A stretch of DNA of 63,756 nucleotides, filler included, from Octopus bimaculoides (GCF_001194135.2; 3 parts of 3 records of this genome joined end to end with filler, not necessarily neighbours in it), one strand, 5' to 3'. Counted from the first letter of the whole stretch, positions 23,201-36,494 are shown. The notes: generated by a model from the sequence alone, not told the origin. Made by a program: numbers and translations.

Positions 23201-24586
23201 TTAGCAAATTGTTTTTCCATTTTTCAAACTAATCTTGTATTTTCCTAATTTGCTTTAAGATAGATAAAGTGTCGTTTAAAAGAGAAATTTATTTGTTGCG
23301 ATCTCATTTGTTTCAACGTTATATGATATAATTGCTAAAAATAAAATTGAAGAAAGAAACAAAAACTTTGTACTTCTCAATGTAGATATTTTCAGAAAAA
23401 TATTTTATTAATCCAAAATCTAAAAATAATAATAATCGGTTAAAATAAGTGGAAATGATCTCTTGAAGAAATATACTATAGTAGTAATAATGAAGAAACA
23501 AAACTTCCAGGCTTTACTAACATTCTGATCAAATAAGAATTTGATCCAAACATTTTAGTTGATCTTACAAAAGAATTAGATTTCAGTATTGAAAGAAAAA
23601 TATAAATAAATTTTTGAATAATCAGTATTTGTTTTAATTGAGATTTTCAGAGAAAATCTCCTGGATATTATTAGATATTAAGGGTAGGACGAAAGTCAAG
23701 ACCAATCCAAGAATACTTTCTCATGAAAATAATAATTTCCTAAAATGATTCTAGTATTTTAATGGTAGATTCAGTTGAAAGTCAGACCCATCCAACATAC
23801 AACACTTGGACACTGAACAAATGGATGCAGAATGGTTTCAGTGTTCTGCATATATTTTGGACAAGTATGGCTGATGGCACATCGAAGCATGTAGAGTTTA
23901 TCATAAACTGTTCATATTTTTTGATAGTCCTATTAAGCTAAGGATATCTGGAAATTATCCATAGTCCCAAGGCTGAAAGTTCTTTGGAATAGACCAGAAT
24001 TTTCCTTAAAATGTCACCAGTCTCCCCAGATACTAATCCTCTATAAATTGCTAACCTAGAAGTCCCAATAGTTACATTGCCCAACTGGTAGAAGTCTGAG
24101 AGCACCTAACAACAAGTACCTGGTTTTCAGCTTTGCTTGACTTAAGACTGCAGCTCAGTCAGAGAAACAAACTGTAGAAAGAGTAACCATACCCAATCAT
24201 CAGTAAGGAATTTCCGTTAATACCACAACCTCTGGTATATGCCTGTGCATCAACAACCATACCAAATTTCCCATACAAAGGATGTTGTCAGCAGATGGAC
24301 TGCCTGACCAGTGACATGTGTCCTCACTAAAAGTGGAACTGGTCAGAATAAAACTGAGACAAAGCATAATGGTTGGGCTGTAAAGTTAGGAATGGAGGAA
24401 AGAACAGACATTTATATCAACCTCAATAGTTGACTGGTAGTTATTTTATTGATCTCTGAAGAATTAAGGGCTAAGTCACCCTTTGTAAGATTTCAATACA
24501 ACCGATATAAAAACAACTATATAATGTAAGAATTTGATATTGGCACCCTACTATTTCAGTCACAATGTTGCAGCAGCAGCAGTAGC

Positions 24587-24650
<64 letters not shown>

Positions 24651-24862
24651 TTTATTTAAATTTAATGCTTTGTTAAAAAAAAAGCTTGAATTTTAGGAAA
24701 AAGCAATGGGATATTTGAACAGTCATGCCATTTCATGAGCATTAGTTGTTTAAGCTGCATGAAATTGCTGAAGATGGATAAGAAGACCTCTCAAAAATTA
24801 AAGATGTGCATAAATAAGTGTATTTGCAAATTTGTGTGTGTGTGTGTGTTGCATATACTGGC

Positions 24863-25063
24863 TTAACTCTTTAGCAGTCTAACCAGTCATATCAGGCCCA
24901 AATATTCAAACTGACCAGATCCACTTGTTCTACAGTATCATTCTAAAGTAAACGAACACATCATTAAAATTCCAAAGCCACAAAATAATGTGTGATTAAT
25001 TCAAAACAATATGAATACATAAGCATTACATTTGATAGAGTAATCTGAATGGCAAAAGGTTAA
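24863..25063. mobile_element. TTAA-flanked MITE
   Basis: TTAA-CTCTTTAGCA...TGGCAAAAGG-TTAA. Confidence 0.6.
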
Positions 25064-26172
25064 AGAGGATTATTATCAGATCCCCATATTATATACAACG
25101 AGGGAAAGTAGAAAGTAACCTTGCACAGTACATAGGAACAGAATTAGTAGGAACTCAATACCGGCAATCAGTACACATGTGGTGCAGTGAAATCTCTGGC
25201 AGACTGACAAATAATCGGAATTTTAGATGTGTCTGATGTTTAGTAGACATTAGCAGTAGAGGCACTGATGAAATAAAGTCTATAAACTGCATACACAGTT
25301 TGCTGTAAATAGTAGATAGTTAGTTTCTGCTATTTTCTGGAATAATTAATACTAAAGGTAGTTGTGCTGAAAGTATAGTAGGATAGATGAGAAACAGATG
25401 GAAGAGGTCCATAAAGCTGTTACCTCTCTTGGCAACAAAACATTTCTGTTTCTCTTTGCAAAAGGAGACTGTATTAAGTATATGGAAAGAGTATAAAGCT
25501 ATATGTGTAATCTTAAATTTCAATGAAGGGAGAAGCATTCATGAGATGAATAAGCTTTCTTCTTTTTTATTTTTTTTTGCATTTAATGTCTGCTTTCCAT
25601 GCTGGCATAGGTTGGACAGTTTGACGAGCTGACAAGCTAGACGGCTGTACCAAGCTTCAGTTGTCTGTTTTGGCATGGTTTCTACAGTTGGCTGCCCTTC
25701 TTAATGCCAACTACTTTACAGAATATACTGGGTTCTTTTTATGTGGCACCAACACCAGTGTTTTATATTGGGACCATCACAGGTGCTTTTTACATGGTAC
25801 CAGCACAGGCATTAAAAATATTAACTGATGCTTCAAGAAGAGGTGATACTGTTATCAACAAATTATTCATACATTTGTTTTTACATCGGTTTTCTCCATG
25901 ACTGCATGGGTTTGACAAATATGTAATTGGGGAATTGTCTTGCAACTGGATGCTCTTCATGTCACTAACCCTTACCTGTTTATCAAGCAAGGGGTCTCTT
26001 ATTTCACACAGATTTGAGTGGATGATTTGCTGACAGGAAAACAAACAACAATAACATCACTTGTTTGTCACAACCTTTGGAGAAGTGAGAGGGACATCAA
26101 CAAACATGCACACACAATCACACACACACATACACACACACACACACACACAATCACACACACACACACACA

Positions 26173-26213
<41 letters not shown>

Positions 26214-26289
26214 GAAAGATATATTAACAACAGACAAATACTGTTTCCCAGTTTCACCTCACGTACATGATGGCTGTCCACTTGTGACT

Positions 26290-27420
26290 GAGGAAGACCA
26301 TTGCTGACCTTTAGGAATATTGTGTGCTCTAGGACTAACTTATATTTTGCATTTGTGGCTCCGCTGGTGGCTAATGAGCCTTGCTCTTGACAAGTATACA
26401 CGACTGCAAACATTGCAAACCAAGCTTTCCCCATTCATTACACTAGCAGTGCACTTTCTAGCAAAACGCTTAAATTCTTCATGCAGAAAATGTGCTCTCT
26501 CAAAGGTGTCGACCCCCTCCTTAACCTGCTTCCTCCATCTGTGGTGATGACAGGCATTGCTCTCCCAGTCAGTCTCCTGCATATTACAGGCCTTTAATGA
26601 GGACTTGACACAGTCCTTAAATTTCAGCCTTGGTTTTTGCCGGGATCTCCTTTCATTAACAAGTTCTCCATATAGCATCTGTTTAGGGATCCTGCTATTC
26701 CTCATTCTAATAAGGTGCTTGTGCATCATTGCCTCAATACTCGAGATATTAGCTTTCCTCGGGACCTGTATGTCTGGAGTTTTTATGGTCCAGCCAACAT
26801 TCAGAATGTGACTCAGACATCTCTGATGAAAGTGTTCAAAGACCCTTACATGACGTTTGTAAAGGGCCTATGTCTCACATGAGTAAAGGATCGATGTCAG
26901 TACACATGCACGGTACACAGCAATTTTTGTTTGCCTTGTGATGCCATGCTGGGACCAGACACAAAACTGAAGAGACCGGATGGAATCGGTTGTTCTCTGC
27001 AGCCTGAAAGATATTTCATCATCCTGGGAACAAGAACGGCTGAGTGTGCTGCCCAGGTAGACAAATTTGTCTACCACATTCAATATTGTTCCTTCAACAA
27101 AGATAGCTGGTTCCACATATGGATTTCTTGGAGCAGGCTGGAACATTACAACAGACTTGTCCAGGCTAATGCAGAGTCCAAATGCTTTTCAAGAAGCAGA
27201 AATATGATTCATTAGTATTTGCATGTCATCCACTGTATGAGTGACTAAGTCACAGTCATCTGCATAAAGGAGGTCATGAATAATAAACTGGAAACTTTTG
27301 AATTGGCAGCAAATTGGTGCAGATTAAAGAGGTGGTCAGAAGATCAAAACCTGACATATATTCCCAGAAAGCTAACCTTATCAAAAGCATGAGTAAAAGA
27401 AGCAGCAAAGTACAAAGAAA
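26290..27420 (-). mobile_element. RTE-clade LINE 3' half (RT domain 5 to C-terminal C2H2)
   Basis: DLLYADDCDLV; VVDKFVYLGSTLS; TKIAVYRACVLTSILYSCET; RIPKQMLYGEL; CNVCSRVYLSRARLISHQRSH. Confidence 0.92.
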
Positions 27421-28124
27421 AAAGTGTTGGGGCAAGGATGCCCTTCCCAATACCAGCTGCCCAACTGAGTGAACTAAGTGGTTTTTACATGGCACAAGCA
27501 CAGGAAAGGCCATTTTAGTAAGGTTTTTACAGCTGGATGCCCTTCCAAATGCCAACCACTTTACAGTGTGGGCTGGATGTTTTTTACGTGGCATCAGCAC
27601 TGGCAGGATCACCAAGTAACTTGCAAGATGAAAAATCCTTTTTGAGGGGAGGGGGCATTGGAGGGGGTGATCTTGTGTCAGATGATGAAAGGTTGTAGTG
27701 AAACAGAGAGATATAAATAGGTGTTTTGCTGTAGGGGAGGTACAAGATCATCCAACTGAAGAGAGAGAGAAAGAGAGATAGAGAGAGGAAGGGAGGAAAA
27801 TCAGTAATGAGGACAGAAACAGGTGTGCTGCTGTTAAAGAGATACGTGGTTACCCAGCCTGAGAGAAAAGCAGGGGAAGGAGAGACCGAGAGGGAGACAG
27901 CAAGAGTACAAGAGAAAGCAGGAGAGAGATGGTGGAAAAATGCTGGGCAGACTCACAAGGGATGAGGATCAGTTTACAAATGAGATGGTCAAGTAAAAGG
28001 TGAGAGAGATGGATGGTGGCAAGTGCCAGTACATACCCTTGCGGTTCGAAGGTCATATATATATTTTATATATATATATGTGTGTGCGTGTATGTATGTA
28101 TCATCATCATCATCATCATTTAAC

Positions 28125-28454
28125 TTCTGTTGTCCGTCAATGTGAATACCCGTCAGAGTGTAAGTATCTTGAGAGAAAAGCTGAACATTAGAAGCATCAG
28201 TTGTGGCGTGCAAGAGAGACGATTGCGCTGGTATGGACATGTGGTGAGAATGGAGGAGGATAGCTGCGTGAAAAAGTGCCACACCCTAACAGTTGAGGGA
28301 ACCCGTGGAAGAGGTAGGCCCAGGAAGACCTGGGCTGAGGTGGTGAGGCAAGACCTTCGTACATTGGGCCTCACCGAGGCGATGACTACGGACCGAGACC
28401 TTTGGAAATGGGCTGTGCGTGAGAAGACCCGGCAAGCCAAGTAAGATCGTTGCC
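28125..28454 (+). mobile_element. RTE LINE 3' ORF end (young copy)
   Basis: [37 protein letters not shown]...RGRGRPRKTWAEVVRQDL...KTRQAK*, intact and retaining CpGs. Same family as 1-584. Confidence 0.9.
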
Positions 28455-29559
28455 NNNNNNNNNNNNNNNNNNNNNNNNNNNNNNNNNNNNNNNNNNNNNN
28501 NNNNNNNNNNNNNNNNNNNNNNNNNNNNNNNNNNNNNNNNNNNNNNNNNNNNNNNNNNNNNNNNNNNNNNNNNNNNNNNNNNNNNNNNNNNNNNNNNNNN
28601 NNNNNNNNNNNNNNNNNNNNNNNNNNNNNNNNNNNNNNNNNNNNNNNNNNNNNNNNNNNNNNNNNNNNNNNNNNNNNNNNNNNNNNNNNNNNNNNNNNNN
28701 NNNNNNNNNNNNNNNNNNNNNNNNNNNNNNNNNNNNNNNNNNNNNNNNNNNNNNNNNNNNNNNNNNNNNNNNNNNNNNNNNNNNNNNNNNNNNNNNNNNN
28801 NNNNNNNNNNNNNNNNNNNNNNNNNNNNNNNNNNNNNNNNNNNNNNNNNNNNNNNNNNNNNNNNNNNNNNNNNNNNNNNNNNNNNNNNNNNNNNNNNNNN
28901 NNNNNNNNNNNNNNNNNNNNNNNNNNNNNNNNNNNNNNNNNNNNNNNNNNNNNNNNNNNNNNNNNNNNNNNNNNNNNNNNNNNNNNNNNNNNNNNNNNNN
29001 NNNNNNNNNNNNNNNNNNNNNNNNNNNNNNNNNNNNNNNNNNNNNNNNNNNNNNNNNNNNNNNNNNNNNNNNNNNNNNNNNNNNNNNNNNNNNNNNNNNN
29101 NNNNNNNNNNNNNNNNNNNNNNCACAAGGGATGAGGATCAGTTTACAAATGAGATGGTCAAGTAAAAGGTGAGAGAGATGGATGGTGGCAAGTGCCAGTA
29201 CATACCCTTGCGGTTCGAAGGTCATATATATATTTTATATATATATATACATATATATTTATACCATGAAATGAGGTTACTTTGAACAATTTTAGACTTC
29301 TTATTGTGCAATAATTTCCTAACCATTTTTTTCAGTCTTAACTAAATTTGACTGTGTTAGGGGGACTTAATAGGTAAACTGATATACGAAATAAAAATAA
29401 GTTGCAGTCGATATTTGTTTACTTTTTTTTCATATAATTGTCACTGTAATGTTTTTTATTAACAAATACAAAAGAAAAGTCAATGAACAGCTTTAAGTGA
29501 CGTAGCGCTAAAGAAAATGTCACACAGTTATCAGTAAGTTATTTTATATTCCCCATTCT

Positions 29560-30545
29560 TGTTCAAGGTAAGGGAATCAATAGACACCCTTGTTGTTCAG
29601 TGGAATCTCTTTTGTTTTCATTTCTTCTGCATCTTCGCAGTTGTAGACAAGTTTATCCTCCTTCAGTGGCCACCTCCACCCTATCTTTTCACATTTTGTC
29701 AGTGATGACACAAGTGCTCCATCACTTCCAGTTGAGATCACTTAACTGAGAAATATCTACCCTTCATATCTCACAATGACAAGGTTTCCAACAAAACTAC
29801 TTTGTCTTTCTGTGTTTTCTGCTCTTGCCATGTCTAAAGTACTGGATTGCTTGTCATATTCATTCATAGAAACGTCACTATCCACAGAGTTTAGCTCTTC
29901 ACCATGCAAATTCTCTTGCTGCACTCTTTCTCCATGCTTCTCTATAACTGTTGATGAAATGATGGCCATCATTTCACTACCAGAAGCACTGATGTCCTCA
30001 GCACTTCTACTTTTGCCAGGGGTAACGTTCAACCTCTTTCATCTCTTCTTTGGTCTGCTCTCATCCACACTTCTCATTGACTTTAGCATTCCCAATACAA
30101 CATCCGAAAATCTTACATTGATGACTTCATCATCATCTTCTTTACTCACTTCATGGTCTGGTAACTGATCCAAAACTTTGTCTGGATGAAAAGGCCGAAT
30201 TTCCAAATTCTTGCTGTGAGTAACACCATCAGGAAAGAGAGCAGCATACAGTTGTGTGAGCAGAGCAGGAAAAGCATCTTTAGTTAAGGTCTTTGAGTTC
30301 TTCCTGTCATAAGCCTTCCAATCATTTAAGATTTTTCTCCAACTTTTTTTAAGAGGCCCATAGGATGCCATGTCAATTGGTTGAAGCATATGTGTGGAAT
30401 TGGAATCAAAGGGGTGACTGAAATTTGAAGACAATAAACATGGGAGTTGACTCCAATGAAATCATAACTGAAAATTTTGGAAAGTATTGAAATGCAGTAT
30501 GAGAGTGGATCTGGACAGGTGAGCATAATCAAAATAGCCTCAACT
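29560..30545 (-). pseudogene. pogo/Tigger-type (DDE_1) transposase pseudogene, C-terminal half
   Basis: FIGVNSH (DN..SH-like); NSTHMLQPIDMASYGPLKKSWRKILNDWK; C-terminal VGNLVIVRYEG...GWRWPLKEDKL. Confidence 0.8.
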
Positions 30546-30710
30546 ACCTTATACACCTAAGTAAGCAATCTTTTATCTTTTACTTGTTTCAGTCATTCAG
30601 TTATGATCATACTGGAGCACTGCCTTGAAGAATTTTTAGTTGAATGAATTGACTGCTGTAGTTTTTGGTGATGATGATGATATAAATAAATAAATAAATA
30701 TATATATATA

Positions 30711-31142
30711 GGCGCGGGAGTGGCTGTGTGGTAAGTAGCTTGCTTACCAACCACATGGTTCTGGGTTCAGTCCCACTGCATGGCACCTTGGGCAAGTATC
30801 TTCTACTATAGCCTCGGGCCGACCAAGGCCTTGTGAGTGGATTTGGTAGGCGGAAACTGAAAGAATCCCATTGTATATATGTATATATATATATGTATGT
30901 GTGTGTATATGTTTGTGTGTCTGTGTTTTTGTGCCCCCCCCCCCAACATTGCTTGACAACCGATGCTGGTGTGTTTACGTCCCTGTAACTTAGCGGTTCG
31001 GCAAAAGAGACCGATAGAATAAGTACTAGGCGTCCAAAGAATAAGTCCTGGGGTCGATTTGTTCGACTAAAGGCGGTGCTCCAGCATGGCCGCAGTCAAA
31101 TGACTGAAACAAGTAAGAGTAAAAGAGTAAAAGAGTAAAGAG
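30711..31142 (+). mobile_element. SINE family A, young full-length copy
   Basis: GGCGCGGGAGTGGCTGTGTGG head through (GTAAAAGA)n tail. Near-identical to 50910-51330. Confidence 0.92.
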
Positions 31143-31148
31143 TATACC

Positions 31149-31180
<32 letters not shown>

Positions 31181-31188
31181 TACATTCA

Positions 31189-31222
<34 letters not shown>

Positions 31223-31686
31223 CATACATACATACATATATACATACATATATATGATGAGCTTCTTTCAATTTTCATCCACCGAATCCACTCACAAGGC
31301 TTGGTTAGCCCCGAGTTATAGTATAAGACACTTGGCCAATGTACCACACAGTGGAACTGAACCTAGAATCATATGGTTGGGAAGCAAGCTTCTTGCAACA
31401 CAGCCATGCCTGTGCCTATATACATAAAATATATTAATTTGAATGAAATGCGTAGATGCTAACAGGAGATTGGGTTTGTGCTCCATAGTCAACCTCCAAC
31501 TTTTTCTATTCAAAAGGGTTTTTAACCAATTGTTACAAGCTATTATATAAAGCTTTATTCACTTCAAGAGTCACCATTCCTAAAAGAATTATTTCACATT
31601 CTTGAAATTTCTAAATTCTTATGAAGTCAACAATATAAAATTCTCACTAATAAGGATAAAGTTTCTAAAATGGGTATAAACTTGAA

Positions 31687-31758
31687 GGAATGCTTTGGTC
31701 CAATGATAGAACATCTGTCATGTTTACAGGAGAGGTGGGTTCAAGTCCACCACTAGCC
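31687..31758 (+). pseudogene. Degenerate tRNA-like sequence in an approximately 265-bp tandem unit
   Basis: TGGTCCAATGATAG A-box-like, TCTGT-7nt-ACAGG anticodon-like arm, GGTGG-GTTCAAGT-CCACC T arm, and a downstream T-run. Confidence 0.35.
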
Positions 31759-31932
31759 TTTGAATTTTTCTATCCAAAAGGGTTTTTCAACCCAATATTT
31801 TCATGCTATTATTTATAACTTTATTTGCTTCAAGATTCACCATTCCTAATATTTTTTGTAGTTTGAAATGACAGAATTATAGGCAATAAAGAATCATGAA
31901 ATCAGAGTTACTGGAGCTTAAGAAGGAATTTA

Positions 31933-32448
31933 GGATCTTTCTGAATTGACGGGCACCACTTGTTTTCTTAACGAAACACTTTCAAACCTGGGATACTGGT
32001 AGAATGTGTCATATAAAGGATCTTTTTCTCTTAGCCTTCTTAACAAAAATTTCTACATCACAAGTTATTTCATGTTAAAGTTGTCGTATTTCTGTAATTT
32101 CAACCAATCACTGACGTCCTATTCAGCTGAATAGAGTTACTGCTGTTTTTGTAAACAATAATTTTTGCCGGTGTCAAGATCGCTATTCCCTAGTAAGATC
32201 CCATTACACCACTAGAATATGTTGTTTACATTCCATAGCAGTAATTGTTTTCACCTCAATAGACGTCAGTGATTGGTTGAAATTACCGAAATATGACAAT
32301 TTTTTACATGAAATAACTTCGAATACAAAAATTTTTATCTGTTCTATAACACAAAATATACAAGAATACGAAGTTTGAAAGTGTTTCGATACCAAAAACA
32401 CTACATAAAACATAAATGAAAAGTGGTGCCCGTCAATTCAGAAAGATC
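31933..32448. mobile_element. Long-TIR MITE with 9-bp TSD (Merlin- or Mutator-type)
   Basis: Perfect 28-bp TIR GATCTTTCTGAATTGACGGGCACCACTT, further internal inverted blocks, and AGGAATTTA direct repeats at 31924-31932 and 32449-32457. Confidence 0.85.
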
Positions 32449-33046
32449 AGGAATTTATAATAGTGAAAAGTATATAGGCATGGGTGTAGTTGTGTGGTAA
32501 GAAGCTTCTTTCCCAGCTACATGGTTCTGGATTTGGTCCCACTGCTTGGCACCTTGGGTAGCCTTGGGCCAACCAAAGGTCTGTAATGCTGGTATGTTTC
32601 TGTGCCTGGAACTTAGTGGTTCTGCAAAAGATACCGATAGAATAAATACCAGGCTTAAAAGAAATAGATCCTAGGGTCGATTTCTTTGACTTAAATCCTT
32701 CAAGACAGTGCCCCAGCATGGCCACAGTCAACTGATTGAAACAAGTAAAAGATAAAAGAATCCTTATCATCATTGTCATCATTTTAATATCTACTTTCCC
32801 ATGCTTGCATGAATGAGAGGAATCTTTTTAGATGGATTTTCTATGTCAGGATGCCCTTCATGTTACCAACCTTTGCTTGTTTTGAAGTAAGGTAATATTT
32901 CCTTGTGACCAGACATGTTTTCATAGAAGATTGGAAGTGAAAGACATAGCTTGCATTATGATGACATTTATTTACAACTATTACACAAGGAGACAATAAG
33001 AAACACACACACATGTACACACACTCACACACATACATGCATATAT

Positions 33047-33635
33047 AAGATCCCTCTTATAGCCTTTCTTTACCTTGTGGAATTGATCTCCTGTAAACGC
33101 ATCTTTGCTACATTGACTCTAAGGCCTTTTGATTCTAAACCTTTCTAAACCTGAAATTTCTTCTCTAGTTCTGGTAGTGATTCTGCTATGAGGGCCAGGT
33201 CATCAGCATAGAGGAGCTCCCAGGGGCAACCTGTCTTGAAATCCTCTGTTATTGCTTGGAGGACTATCATGAATAAAAGGGGACTGAGGGCTGATCCTTG
33301 GTGGACCTCTACTTCTACCCGGAATTCTTCACTATACTCATTGCCAATCCTAACCTTACTAACAGCCTCTCTGTACAGCCTTTGTTAACCATTTGTCATC
33401 CCCAGTTTCTGCATCGGCCACCAGATAAGAGATCGGGGGACCCTGTTAAAGGCTTTCTCCAAGTCCACAAAAGCCAAATATAGGGGTTTATCTTTAGCTA
33501 GGTATTTCTCCTGCAGTTGTCGAACCAGGAATATAGCATCAGTGGTGGTTCTACCTCGCACAAAACCGAACTGCATCTCATCTAAGCAGACTCTCTCCCT
33601 AATGAGATGGGCTATGACCATCTCTGTGACCTTCA
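33047..33635 (-). mobile_element. RTE LINE RT domains 1-7 (inverted segment)
   Basis: LDEMQFGFVRGRTTTDAIF...AFVDLEKAFNRVPR; QGSALSPLLF; GCPWELLYADDLAL. Confidence 0.92.
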
Positions 33636-34303
33636 GAAATGTTGGACATAAGAAGCATCAGATGTGGCGTGCAAGAGAGACGTTTGCGCTGGTATAGTCA
33701 TGTGCTACGGATGGATGAGAGCTGTGTGAAGAAGTGCCACTCCCAAACAGTTGAAGGAATCTGGGATAGAGGTAGACCCAGGAAGACATGGGATGAGGTG
33801 GTGAAGCATGACCTTCGAATGTTGGGCCNNNNNNNNNNCATGGGATGAGGTGGTGAAGCATGACCTTCGAATGTTGGGCCTCACAGAGGCAATGATAAAA
33901 GACCAAGACCTCTGGAGATATGCTGTGACTGCGAAGACCTGATAAATAAAATGAGTTCACGGTTGTATCCTTCACCAGTTTTGCATAACCAGCCCACTCA
34001 AAAGTACCTTGGATCGTAGGGTGATATGCTGTACTTGAGGAGACCTAGTGAGTCAAGTACATCAACATCAAAATGAAAATCAAATGGAAATTGTAGTTGT
34101 GATACCCTTGCCAGTGGCACGTATAAAGCACTCACTACACTCACGGAGTGGTTGGCATTAGGAAGGGCATCCAGCTGTAGAAACACTGCCAGATCAGACT
34201 GGAGCCTAGTGCAGCCTCCTGGCTTCTCAGACCCTAGTCGAAACGTCCAACCCATGCTAGCATGGAAAACGGACGTTAAATGATGATGAAGATGATGATG
34301 ATG

Positions 34304-34305
<2 letters not shown>
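33636..34305 (+). mobile_element. RTE LINE 3' end, UTR and (GAT)n tail
   Basis: IRSIRCGVQERRLRWYSHVLRM...GRPRKTWDEVVKHDL, then UTR ending CATGCTAGCATGGAAAACGGACGTTAAA-(TGA)n. Confidence 0.9.
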
Positions 34306-34338
<33 letters not shown>

Positions 34339-34796
34339 TATATATACATATATATATTTACAATGGGCTTCCATACAATTTCCATTCACCAAATTAAATT
34401 CACTCACAAGCAATAAATTTCGTAGATTCTATCGATATAAATTCTAGTTCTGGAAAGCTGATATATCATCATCATCATCGTCATCATCATTGTCATCATC
34501 ATTGTCATCATCATTGTCATTGTTGATGTCATCATCTTCGTCATTGTCGTCGTCGTTGTCATCATCATCATCATCATTATTTTGCATCTGTTTTTTTCCA
34601 TAATGTCACATGTTAGACAAGCCTTCTAATCACTTGAAAATCACAAGATCATATAACTGAAGTTTTTTTGTTTTTCCTCCAAGTCCAACCCATAGAGATG
34701 GCTGCTAGAGAAGACCATTATATTTAAAGATAAATTATTGAAAGAAAATGTCATCCTCTCCTCTTCGTCATCGTCATTGTTGTCATCGTTGTTGTT

Positions 34797-34840
<44 letters not shown>

Positions 34841-35747
34841 TTAATGTCTATTTTCCATGCTGGCATGTATTAGAAGGTTTGACAGAAACTGGTAAGGCTG
34901 GGAGCTGCACCAGGCCCCATTGTCCGTTTGGTATGGTTTCTGTGGTTTGATGCCCTTCTTAATGCCAACCATTTTATTGAGTGTTTTGGGTGCATTTTAT
35001 GTGGCAGGAGCATGCATAATATTATAATGCAAATTACATTCACAAATATAGAAAAAATTGAAAATGGCACTAAATTGCAGAAAAAACACTTTTTTGTTGA
35101 GTCCACAGAGTCAAGAGTTTGGAAGTTTGTATCATGTCAGTGACATTTTACTTTGTCTATTACCAACATGTTTAACACTAAAATAGACTATTCTACTTAT
35201 CTGCAAATAAGTACCACAAGGGTGATACAGGTTACCATTTACAGGAATGTCAACACAATATAACTGGTAAGTGGATGGTTCTTGCCTGCCAGTGATATAG
35301 ATATGAGTGCTTTTATGCACCATAATGAAAGGGTCTCTCATGGGAAATACCACAGTATTCTGTGTTCTAACATAACATCTCATTAATTGGGTGATAAATA
35401 TTATCTTTTGTTATTAATACTGCCTCTGTTGCTATTAATTATTTTTAATAAGTCCACAGGCTATTTGTGACACTAGTGCCTGAATAAATACTGATCTTTT
35501 ATATATCGCTGATGGGGAAATCATCTACTATGTCTAGCTGGACGGCTGTCATTGACAAGGCTAAGGAAGGATGAAATCATGTGATCTGACTGTCATAGCA
35601 GATGGTTCTCACCCACCAGCAATATAAGCACAAGTACTTTCATACACCACAAGTCCATATGAGAGGTCCTCTCATGGTAAATAACTCAGTATTTTGTAAT
35701 GTTTATCGCTATAGCAATATGGTTGCTCCATAGGAATCAACTTTACT

Positions 35748-36055
35748 ACCCCAGGAAGACCCTCTTCCTGCTGGTTATTGATGTAGTTTACACCCAATAT
35801 ATATTGCAAGCAGGGGAGTGAACCCCTACCATCTCCCTGCAGATGACAGAGTCATCCCCAGACCGTAGAGTTTCAGTGAGCAGGAGCAAATTACTGCTAC
35901 CTCTAGTGGACAGATTGAACATAAACAGCCCAAAACTGTATGGTCTGGGGATCCTGTCGTCTGGTGGAAAATAGTGGAGGTTTGCTCCCCTGCTTGCTAT
36001 AAATCTCAGGTGCAGATTGCATCAAAAACCAACTGGAAGAAGCTCTTCCTGGGGT
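35748..36055. mobile_element. MITE with about 80-bp imperfect TIRs
   Basis: CCCCAGGAAGA...GCAAGCAGGGGAG versus CTCCCCTGCTTGC...TCTTCCTGGGG. Internal CCCCAGACC/GGTCTGGGG. Confidence 0.7.
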
Positions 36056-36494
36056 TAAAAACAGTAATAATGTCAATTCCTATAGAACAGCCATACTGAT
36101 GTGGCAATAAACACTATTTTTTAGTATAGTTACTACTTTCATCTCTTATAGAGATTTTCTAACTAACTACTTTGCTTGTTACAGTATTTTGTGTTCTAGC
36201 ACAGCATCCTCCTTAAATGGTAGATGATTATTACCTTTTACTATTAAGCCTCTGTTACAATTAATTATTTATTAATTTTACTTGGTAAGTGTTATGTTTG
36301 GTTAGCTTGCTGTTCTTAATTCAGTTAGCCCTGTACATGAAGCTAAGTTAGCTCTTACAAGACTGACTTATCCTCGACAGAGCACATGATGATGAAGTTT
36401 TTAGTAGCTCTCTAATATTGCAGATTACATTTACAAAAGCTATAGAGAACTGAAATAAATAAGAATATCAAATAAAATAAAATGTTTAACATAT

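Noticed and set aside
33788-33880. 41-nt direct repeat around a 10-N gap
   Set aside because: Contig-end overlap artefact. The 16098/16220 duplicate next to an 11-N gap may be similar.
36380-36452. C/D-box snoRNA-like ATGATGA...CTGA
   Set aside because: No terminal stem and no recognisable rRNA/snRNA antisense element.
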